DNA of 63,652 nucleotides, filler included, from Circinaria calcarea (Eukaryota): NCBI GenBank assembly GCA_051942165.1. It is 8 parts of 8 records of this genome, joined end to end, with 100 filler letters (N's around TTAATTAATTAA, not from the genome) between each part and the next. Parts side by side here need not be neighbours in the genome. Positions count along the whole stretch, not along the records: positions 47,834 to 55,698 come from JAVECS010001230.1; positions 55,799 to 63,652 come from JAVECS010001231.1; 6 more parts are not named here. One strand, 5' to 3'. Shown piece by piece: positions 49,334 to 58,993 of this stretch (position 1 is its first letter; each line of letters starts with the position of its first letter). The notes under the pieces were generated by a model. It saw only the letters and a program-made list of their open reading frames with translations, ran no database searches and was not told where the DNA came from. The position numbers and the translations under genes were made by a program.

Positions 49334-49614
49334 TGCACTGTTGGGGCTGACGTATAGTAAGCCAACCAGTATTTTAGCGAACTCTCTTGCTCTTACCTAG
49401 TTACATGAACATGCAGAAATTCTATGAACCTTGAACGTAGTGCATTGCAGGAATACAGCACGCGTAGGCCGGAACTAGTGGAGCTGTGGATGCTAAACCT
49501 ACAGCTGGACCACCCACCCAGGGAGCTTTACTTCAAGTTCATCTTATCTGACTGTGTTATTGCAGCCATCCACGAAACTGTAGATGCAAGGCGCTGGGCT
49601 TCTAATTGCGCCAG

Positions 49615-52600
49615 ATGGACAGCTCGAAATCTCCTATTGACGGGGAAAATGGGACACTGTTTCGATTGCGTGCTGACACAGAGGGAGACGTTAGCGAAGT
49701 GGAAAGCGAGAACGATAATGTTGAGATCGAGAACGATGCCGACAACGGGCAGATCTCAGAAGAGGACGAGGCTGAAGTGAATGTGTTCCACCGAGAACTG
49801 AAGGCGTTCGAGGAGAAGGTGGTGAAAGACCAACTGGATTGGAAATCGTCACAAGAGATTTGGAAGAACTATAAATGCCTGAAGGAAAATTCGGAGGTTG
49901 ATCAGAAAAATATCCTGCACCTTCTCGTGGACACCTATGTCGGGTCCGCATCCAACAGGGAAAAGAGCTTAATCGCGAGGGCTTTTACCAAGATCACAGC
50001 CATGTACCCTGCTCTTATTCGACAGCTCGATAAAGATGGGCAAACACCGCTTTGTAAGGCTATTATCCGCAAGAAAGCCACGCTTGTGGAAATTATCGTC
50101 GCAAACTGTGCTTCTAAAAGTGATGCCAAAAAGGGCAAGAAAGAAGATCCGCTCTCCAGAGCTCTGGGGATCCGCTGCACGTTGAATGGCAACACGGAAA
50201 ACTGTCTGCACCTTGCGCTGCAGGCCGGGTTAGATGTCGTTTCACCCCTTGCTCTTAGAAAGCTAGCTAAAAAGGCAACCGAAGAGACTATCGCGGACAC
50301 TGACAAACACGGTTTCACTCCGCTTCATTATGCTGTCGATTACGGAAGGAGCACCGAGGAGCAATATGAGATTATTAAAATCCTCTTAAGGAAAGGGGAT
50401 TCCAAACGCCTTATTAAGGATCGGCAAGCTGTCTTGGATAAGTTTGCTGGCAAGCTGTCTGTTTACCAGTATCACCTTCACACGCGAGAGAGCTTCAAGG
50501 AAAGGCCGCTTGCCCAGAATATTTTATCACCGTCGAGATCGAAGCACATCAGTGCCAGCAAACAGGAAGACAAACGTCAAATAGGCCCAGAGAGAGCACG
50601 ACAGGATCAGAGCCAGCCAGACGAGAAGAAGAGAGAGGCCCAAAGCGGGAAAGTGGGACTCGGGGGGAAAGAGGGTCCAGCTGGGGAGAGGCAGAATCAG
50701 AACTGGAAAGACGAAAAGGATGGCCCCGGAGGCGCACGACAAGACAATCGCCAAGAACGAGGAGGCAAAGAAGAACCTGATAAAGCAGAACCAGACCGTC
50801 CACAGGGAGAACCACGTGACAAGAGGGACGCTTGGGCAAATAATCCGCTTGGCGGCGGCAAGCAACCCCTTGCCCGCAGGGTCACTTTCAAGGAACCCGA
50901 AGAAAAAGTAGAGAGTCCGGAAGAGAAGAAGCGCAAGCGCGACCACTGGTCCGAGAAGATCAGAAATGAGCTCAAGATTCAGTGCTTGCGGACCAGGACT
51001 CATAAGGAGGCAACGAGGTTTCTGTATGGCAAGAACCCGAATGGTGAGTAGAGTCCGCTTATTAAGTTGGCCGCAATTTGTTCTGACGTCTTTTAGACAT
51101 TCAGATATGCTTTGATTACTATGGGCTCTCCGCCGTTGCAGACGCGGAAGCTTTTCAGGAGAGCTTTAAAAATGTTACGTTCGACAGCGTCCTACAATAC
51201 GTCGCCTTCCCATCTGTCAAGGTGGAGAAGTGGACGCCCGAGGATATTCGGTCTGGTGAAAGGGGTAGGGCTGACATGCTGTTCTTCTTTACTTGGCTAA
51301 AGAATGAAAAGAACGTAGAGCGGATTCTCAAGGTCATCGTAGACGATCGCACCGATCCGCCCCACTCAGATGAGGCCATAAAGAAGTCCTTGGCGCCATT
51401 CGGGGTCGAGATCCTAAACTGGTCGAAGCCAGACCTTGATCCGGTGACTATTGTCAATGCCAGCAAGGAATTGAGGGAGGTGCATCTGCATTGGAGTGGC
51501 AACAATACGGTCCTGCGAGGCTGGAGTGAGCCATGCGGATTGAGAATGGCTCCTAATTTGGGCGTCGTTCATCTCTCCGTTGATAGCGTAAGACGCTCAG
51601 ATGTTTCGCCTGTGAGTTATGACTAATGAGCGAAGCAGACTCTCGAGCCGAGAGCTTGTACACAAGAGAACCTAAAAATGTTCGAGATACGCCTAAAGAA
51701 TCCATATCCAGCAGCATTAGCTATCCCGAAGGCAACAGCCGAAAACAGAAGCCCAGAGAAGACTAAAGTCGAGCTGCAGAGGGTGGACACCGGCAACCTC
51801 GCCGAGACAAAGGCAGAGGAGAAGACAAAGACCGAACTGTTTGACCCGCAGCAACCAAAGATGGCCTTCAGACCAATTGAAGTCCGAGGCGGGCTGGATA
51901 GCTATGGTCAGCGAAGCATTAACACCAATGCTTCAGTGTCAGGTGAGAAAAGCGGTTTGTCCTTTCCTTCTCATAGATGGCTCGAGTGTGTAGATAAATT
52001 TGGTGATCAGATTCGGAACGTCTGGTCAAAGATTTTGCGGGAGTCAAAGGATAGAAAGCCTCAAGAGGTCATTGTTGCCCTTATCGACGATGGTGTGGAC
52101 CATACTCACCCGCCTTTGATGGGCAGCATTCTCACCGGCAGGACCCTTAGCTACGAGGGAGACAGAATCCGCCCGTGGTATGTATCCGAGCGTGGTCACG
52201 GCACCGTCATGGCCAGCATGATCTGCCGAGTTTGTCCAATGGTTAAGGTCTATCCCATCAGGCTCAATACGCTTGGCCAGAAGGGTCTGATTGATGTCGA
52301 AAGCGCGGCACTGGTATATACCAACACCTCCGTCCAAAGCCACCGCCATATCGTATGCTAACACTCCTCCCAGGCAATTGAGGCTGCCGTTGACAGAGGA
52401 GCTCATATTATCTCCATGTCATGGACCGTGGCACCTCCGACAGGTAGCATCAAGAAAGCCTTTGACAATGCCCTCGAGAAAGCTATAGAGAACAACATCC
52501 TGATGTTCTGCTCCTCCAAAGATAGCGGCCATTTCTCAGACCCCCATTACCCCTCTGGCTACAGAAATGAAGCGGTCTTTAAGATCGGCGCAGCTAACCC

Positions 52601-53036
52601 AAGCGGCCTGCCCTATGAAAGAGCCGGCTCACTCGACAAGCTAGACTACATTTTCCCTGGCGTGGAAGTGGTTCAACGCCACACCAAGGCTCCACCGGGA
52701 GTACAGAATATGTCCGCAGAAACCGGATCTTCCGTTGCGACGGCCCTGGGTGCGGGACTAGCGGCCCTGATTATGTATTGTGCCAAGATTGGGTCCATGT
52801 ATGGCAAAGTTGGATTGAAGGAGGAGGATGTGAGTAAGCTGAGTAACTACAACGTCATGCACGATGCAATTACTGCTTTTGGTGCGAGCACGAGTGACCA
52901 GACAAAGGGCAAGTTTATTGAAGTTTGGAAGAGGTTGGACACCAAGACGAAGGAGCTTAGTCGGGGCGTTTTAACGCAGCAGCAAGCGAGGGATCTTATT
53001 GCGGACCTAGCTCGTGATCTTATAAAGAGGTCGTAG
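49615..53036 (+). CDS. Intracellular ankyrin-repeat / LRR-like / subtilisin (peptidase S8) protein, ~1085 aa
   Basis: Exons 49615-51043, 51097-51587, 51639-52313 and 52374-53036 (GT-AG, frame preserved, 3258 nt). ANK motifs QKNILHLLV, DGQTPLCKAI, ENCLHLAL, GFTPLHYAV. S8 triad IVALIDDGVD / GHGTVMASMI / TGSSVATALGAGLAAL, plus IISMSW. No signal peptide or I9 prodomain; an additional upstream exon is possible (CTAAT...CAG precedes the ATG). Confidence 0.88.
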
Positions 53037-53607
53037 AGGACTATATCGAAGTCCTTTTTGAGGTACAGATTTTTCCTTTTGGATATACTTCTATATACTT
53101 AAGTAAGACCACTACCTTGGGGTCCCAGGGCACTACTAGCAAGGTGCCAGGCTAGGCGAGGCTACACGGAACGTATTCGGCACATGGATTGTGGAGGCAT
53201 CAGCAGTTCGGTAGTAGGTTACTGTTGAGCGATTTGCCAGCATTTAGCTATACAGGCCACTACAGAAACTCGCCGTCACGCATGGAACCAAACACAGTGG
53301 ATTGTGTATTCTGACATCGAAAGACTTTCACAAGCATGTGCAGCTGTACAGCTCTTCGAGGAACTATAAGCTCGCAAAACTATATGAGCTTGCTGTTCGT
53401 AACCTTGAGGCGTTAAACCGGCCAGATATCCAGAGCAGCGTAGCAAAGCAGTCTGAACTTGCGAGATTATTAAATATGTGCGTAACAGCCGCTCAATAAG
53501 GAATCCATTTGCAGACGGGCTGAACACCTATCTATAAGAACCGGCCGGAACTGAAGCCTTTATTTCCTACGAAAAATCGGCAGGTGGAGATTTCTTACTT
53601 ATATGCC

Positions 53608-53754
53608 TATCCCTTAAACCGTCCCTCTGGTAGACTGAACCGTGCGTTTTTTGAACGGACCAGTTTCTGGTCTGTGCCAACCTAGCTGGCCAGTCCTAAC
53701 CTTGTATCCAAAAAACGCACGGTTCGGTCTGCCAGAGGGACGGTTTAAGGGATA
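53608..53754. mobile_element. 147-bp MITE with 46-bp TIRs and TA ends (Tc1/mariner-type)
   Basis: 53608-53653 (tatcccttaaaccgtccctctggtagactgaaccgtgcgttttttg) is the reverse complement of 53709-53754 with 2 transitions. Confidence 0.75.
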
Positions 53755-53907
53755 CCCCAATATCAATGCTTAATCCCCACACTAGTTTATGAACGTAATA
53801 GTGAAAAATGCATAATATTCGGAAAATAAATGCGTCTACAATTCATTCATACCCCCTGCAGAACCAGTAAGTAGGTTTCCCCAAGAGGAAAGGAACCCGC
53901 TTGACGC

Positions 53908-53945
53908 TATCCCTTAAGCCGTTGCTCTGGCAGACTGAATCGTGC
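53908..53945. mobile_element. Diverged solo copy of the 53608 MITE terminal repeat
   Basis: tatcccttaagccgttgctctggcagactgaatcgtgc aligns with the TIR at 53608-53645. Confidence 0.65.
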
Positions 53946-54059
53946 CACCCCTGCATTGATTAGAGCGGACAGTACGAAGTTTGGTCAAAGCGTACTATCC
54001 GGAGGCGGCTCGTCTTCTCTCATATGCTGCAATCTGCGCGGCTGAAATACCACTTATAT

Positions 54060-55130
54060 CCTCCCCTACTATTATGCCTAGATCCTTAGAAACAGTATTT
54101 ACGATACTAGACGACACCCGATTATTAAAAAGAATATTCTTAATTCTGCCCTTTTCTGATTCCTTTAATTTTTGATCCCTAAACGCTCTCCGCGCTTTCG
54201 ACTTAAATTTTAATTCCGCGAATTTATAATTAATTTATATAGTTGTCTTATTTCGCGCGAGGATAAAATCGGAGCGTTTAAAAGTATTAAATTTATTAGA
54301 GGCGATCGCGCCATACTGGTGACCTAGGCCTCGTACGGACTAGCGTAATTCGCTTACGAGGTGAGCAGAATGAGCAGAGTGAGCAGGCTCGCGCTTGCCA
54401 AAAAAACGCGGACACACAAATCTGCCCGACCGTAGAATTACCGCCCAATTCTTGCCACTAAGTTTGTGAGGACTGCAGAAGCGTAGGGGCTTCTTAGGCT
54501 TGACGGCATCGCTAATTACGGTCGGCGAATTCTGGGTGTCCGCGGATTTTTGGCAAGCGCGAGGCAGGGCAGTGCTCCGAGTGCTCAGGGTGCTCCTGGG
54601 AGCAGGGTGAGCGGAGTGAGCAGGGAAGTGCTCATGGTGCTCACGGTGCTCAGGGCATTATATAAGCAGGCTATTCCCGCTCTTTAGAATAACATGCTTA
54701 TAGAACCATAACGAGTTCAATATACTCCTTTTATATTGAGCCTAGGGCAACAGTTCAACTACAGGCTATGTAACCGTACTATCACCAATCGGGACTTGTC
54801 ATATTCCTCAATAGGCCCCAAGGATTGCAGCGCCCTTACAGCGTTTAGGGAGGTATTAAAAATAAAAGGATTATTACGCTTAACGGTCTTCCGTATATAA
54901 TTTATAGATATTTATAATAAGATAGAACCATTATCGGATTTAGGATTTAAATTTACGGAGAAATCAGCTAAGATTATGGCTATCAAATTTTAATTTATGT
55001 TATAAGAATCGTTTAATTAAAGAAGCATCAGAATCCATTAGATCGATGAGATTAAATTCATCGGCAGAGGGGAAAGAGGAGCTATTATAATTTTACTACT
55101 TTCGGGCTTTCTTAGAGGAAAAGGTTATCT
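54060..55130. mobile_element. RIP-like AT-rich repeat relic with a central GC-rich foldback and GTGAGC/GTGCTC short repeats
   Basis: TpA-rich, CpA-poor flanks (~54060-54350, ~54660-55130). 28-bp inverted arms at 54388-54415 / 54536-54563, inner arms ccgaccgta / tacggtcgg, and repeated gtgagc/gtgctc motifs on both sides. Confidence 0.5.
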
Positions 55131-55561
55131 TTCCCCGCATGCCATCTTCTAGCTTGCGCTTGTTAGAAAGATTGGGAGCCATTGCGTCCCGGAGGATGGA
55201 TGCGATCCTAGGGCTTGAGGCTCTCGAGGATTTTTGTTTGGAATCAGGAGCGTAAGAGAGTGTTGCCGTGTCGATCCTATCTACTAGACCAGGATTAGTG
55301 ACCTGCTTAGAATAACCAATAGCCTCGACTGGGCACTGCGGTATCTATTCCCGCCAATATGACAGCTTCGTATCTTGTCAACCTGGGCTAAAAGAAGTGG
55401 CTTACCGCCCCGGGATTCCTCAAGGGTCTCATCGGTCCCTTTCAATGGGTTGCATGTCTCGGTTTCTGTTGCTGAAGCTTTTGCTCTGCACTCTCATTCT
55501 TTACGCTGTGTCTCGCCTGCTGGGAGAAATCGACGTTGGATTATACAGAGGTGCACAAAAA

Positions 55562-55698
55562 ATGCCTGTCAAGAAACGCTGTCTCCTCTGGGATTGGACC
55601 AACACCGATGGCGAAGGCCATGCCGGCGTTCCATGGGCCATGGATAATGTCAACTTTGATGGCCCCATATCTTCCGTGAGCAATTGGAATACCTGGAC
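55562..55698 (+). CDS. Glycoside hydrolase family 128-like (Asl1 / beta-1,3-glucanase-type) protein, N-terminus only
   Basis: MPVKKRCLLWDWTNT...ISSVSNWNTW matches the KRxL...NW start of the GH128 barrel; cut by the contig end. Confidence 0.65.
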
Positions 55699-55798
55699 NN
55701 NNNNNNNNNNNNNNNNNNNNNNNNNNNNNNNNNNNNNNNNNNTTAATTAATTAANNNNNNNNNNNNNNNNNNNNNNNNNNNNNNNNNNNNNNNNNNNN
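55699..55798. other. Artificial contig linker
   Basis: 44 N + TTAATTAATTAA + 44 N. Confidence 0.99.
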
Positions 55799-56239
55799 AG
55801 GCGTTATGGCTGGTCGCGATCGGGTGGTGATTGTGGGGATTGGTGATGTGGATCTGGAGGAGTTGTTTGAGCTGGGGGAAGACGAGGACTCGGAGGAATT
55901 CTCTTCAGAGGAAGAGGAAGGAGAGTCGTCATCGGAGGAGGAAAAGTTATCGGGCGAGGATTCGGAGGAGTCGGAGGGGGAGGCGTCACTTGAGGGGTCT
56001 GTGGAGGAGGATGAGGAGGAGGAAGCGGAGGAATTGGATGAGAGAGGGGTGCCGAGGTGGGCGGTGCTGATTTGTGGTGGGATATCATTGATTTGCCTTT
56101 GTGCGATTGGCTGGCTAGTCTCAATTCTCAGCCTTTTGATGTTGCTCTGGGGAAGCAAAGGGCCTGTGGTGTCGAGAGTGGAATGGGAGCGCTTTCTTTG
56201 CGATTGTGGTTGTTGGCGCATGATGTTTAACGTCTCCAT
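55799..56239 (-). CDS. Hypothetical Ser/Asp-rich low-complexity protein; 3' truncated
   Basis: METLNIMRQQPQSQRKRSHS...KRLR (NLS-like), then a poly-Ser/acidic tract open to the contig edge. Confidence 0.45.
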
Positions 56240-56789
56240 TTTGAGATACAGTATCCGTAGGATCGAAAGACGATTTATTGTGATGCAAATACACGTCAAT
56301 GGATTGGACGCTTATGCGTGAAGTAATTGTAAGAAGTTGCTCCGTACCTTCGTATGTTAGGGAATCGATTTCCAAAAAAATCCATCAAGGGTTTCTCCGA
56401 TAAGACAGTTGGACCGTGCTTTTCGTGCCTTGCAGATCATTGCAATCGCGTGGCGTATTGAAGTCAGGGGGTGATTCGCGAGGCTTTGATGACAGATCGC
56501 GTTGTTTGATACAGATCAACTGTAGCCTTTCCAATTCACATCTTCATTCCTTGCTACTTTACTCAAAATTACTATATTCTGGAGGCATATAAGTGAAGGC
56601 TAGAGGAAAGAATCTTTTTGCTATTTTAAAACTATATATCATCTCAGAGGACCTCAACTGTCTAAGGCCTTACTATTGTTCTCCGTGATACTTGCTTTCT
56701 ATCTATGACTGATGTTTCTATTTTCCTAATTAGACATATCAGAAAGAGGTAAACCTTATTAGAAGGCTCGTCAAGACGAAGAAAAAGCC

Positions 56790-57647
56790 ATGGAAAATGC
56801 CAGACGTCCTTCCTTACTCGTCAACGGTCTCCCATCCGTTCATGAGGATGGTTCTCCTCCCACAACCACCACGGCCACCAAGACCATCTCTCAGAGCCGT
56901 GACGCCGCCAAACTGAACATGCTGCGTCGAATGCGGCCACCTCCATTTCAATATGCGTGGACATTCTACCATGATAAGCATTCCGATACCAACAGCTACG
57001 AAGGACGTTTGACTGTCTTGCTGGAAAACATCATTACTCTAAAACCGTTCTGGGAAGCTTATAATAGATTTCCGCTCGACGCCTTGAAGATGAAGGACTC
57101 AGTCCACTTCTTCAAACGGGGTGTGAAGCCAGTATGGGAGGACTCTAGAAATGTCAAGGGCGGCGCTTGGACCTTTCGTGTCCCTAAAAATAAATCCGAC
57201 CAAACATGGAAGGAGATCTTGCTACTGGCGGTCGGAGAACAGTTTGCTGACGTTATCCAACCAAGTACGTGCATCTCTGGTTAGGCACGTCTTTTGATAC
57301 CGACACTAACGAATGAGTTCATAGAGGATGACCTGTGCGGCATGTCACTCTCCGTCCGATTCAACTCTAATCTTATAACCATCTGGAATCGCGATGGGTC
57401 CGCGCAGAAAACCATTGACGGGATCCTTGCCGTTGTCCTGGAGAAGATAAGCCCAGAGATCAAGCCAAAAGAAGGGTCCTATTACTACAAACGCCACTCA
57501 GAGCATGCCGGTTTCAACGAGGTGGTCTCCAAAGCAGCCGAAGCGGCAGCAGTTAACGGGAAGATTGAGGAGGCAAGGGTGAAGGAGGAAGAGGCGAATA
57601 TGGCTATGATTCAGGAAGCTGAGGCGGAGGATGCTGAAAGACCATGA
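56790..57647 (+). CDS. eIF4E family cap-binding protein, class III-like (eIF4E3)
   Basis: Intron 57265-57324. PPFQYAWTFYHD, FWEAYN, FFKRGVKPVWED..NVKGGAW, W..ILLLAVGEQF, DDLCGMSLSVR, ITIWN. Confidence 0.88.
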
Positions 57648-57995
57648 AGGAGGCTTCAAATCTAACCAGGGCATTTTTTTCCCGTTTTTAACTCAAATCT
57701 GTTCTGCATGCATGCATTTTTGCAAAACGGTTAGATCGTGATAGCGTTCTGACAAACAAGACGGACTCGATACCAGTTCTGCTGCATGGGGAGTGTTAGG
57801 TATTTGGCATTTCTGGCGGATCATATATTTCTACTCGACAAGCAAATATCAGGTTTTTCGGTTCTCTAGCTAGCGTTCAATTAGGCTTGAATTGGGGTCC
57901 AATCTTCAACTTTTATCTAATACCCAGCAAATTAGAGTCCATCCAAACACCTTGCTCGAATTACAGCAAAAAAGCATGCAAAGATATCCCGGCCC

Positions 57996-58629
57996 TTATC
58001 TAAAAACACCCGCTCTCCTCATGACGCCCTCAAAATCCTGGAGCGCAACACCACTATTCACCCCTGATCCTCCATTCGCCTCCAGAATCATATCTTTGAG
58101 CACCTGATCACTAACATCTTCCTTCAATTGCCTTGCTATCCTCTTCAATGCCCCCATTGTAATCTTCGCTTGCCCACTTCCCCCCGTAAATAACCTAAAC
58201 GCGGTTTCCACCTCCTCTTTCTGGCTCTCCTCGCTCCGGTTATGTAACTTCAGCGCCGCTATCGCCACGAAGTGGCCGTACTCCACATATCCAGAGTCAT
58301 CGGGATCGACTGTGTCAAGGAGTTCTTGGAGCTCAGCATTGGAGGAGGGAGGGGTGCCCAGGGCTGTGAGAGCGCGCCGAACAGAGGAGGTCGGGATAAC
58401 GCCTTCTTTGGATTCGTAGTCTCCGTGGGGTTGGGAGAAGAGGGAAAAGGCTTCTTTGATTTCGGACTCCTCGGCGGCGGAGATATTGTTTTCTTTAGCC
58501 AGCTTTGATTGACGCGCTTTCTTCTCGACGGGGGGAGCAGATGGTGGTGCTGCTTGACGCCGTTTTGGAGGCTGTACGTATGTCAACAGCAAACTGAATG
58601 GCGGGATAGAGAAGCTTTTCTCATACCAT
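57996..58629 (-). CDS. Centrin/calmodulin-like EF-hand protein
   Basis: ATG-only exon 58627-58629, intron 58572-58626. MPPKRR...EIKEAFSLF...VDPDDSGYVEYGHF...EVETAFRLF...LKDMILEANGG...DFEGVMRRAGVFR. Confidence 0.85.
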
Positions 58630-58993
58630 CGCTGAGCGGTACCAATGAAGCCGCAAGATAAAAGGTCCCGTGGTAGTAATGGTGGAGCGCAAGTCTCTAA
58701 CAGTGTAGAAGTTGATGCGCGCAGCTGCTTAAAACACTCACATGTTACCGTGCACGCTGGCAGGGATTCTGTCGATCTTCGACAGGGGGTTGATACGATA
58801 GGCATCAAAAGGCGCGTCATTGGAGTTCAACACAGATATTCTGCCACTTTCCAGAACTACAAGAGTACTTCAACCCATATTTAATACCGAAAACCTCGAT
58901 GTCTATTATGCTCAGTGGCCAAAGACCTTGAGTAAACTAGCCTATAACTATAACTCAAAACTACCCGGCAAAAGAAACCCTGGAGACTGAGAG

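Noticed and set aside
54360..54655. Short repeated motifs considered as a CRISPR-like array
   Set aside because: The units are only 6-9 bp, irregular and lack unique spacers, and the context is eukaryotic.
55806..56321. Plus-strand 171-aa acidic ORF
   Set aside because: It is more likely the antisense of the Ser-rich minus-strand ORF; low complexity keeps both strands open, so strand choice remains somewhat uncertain.
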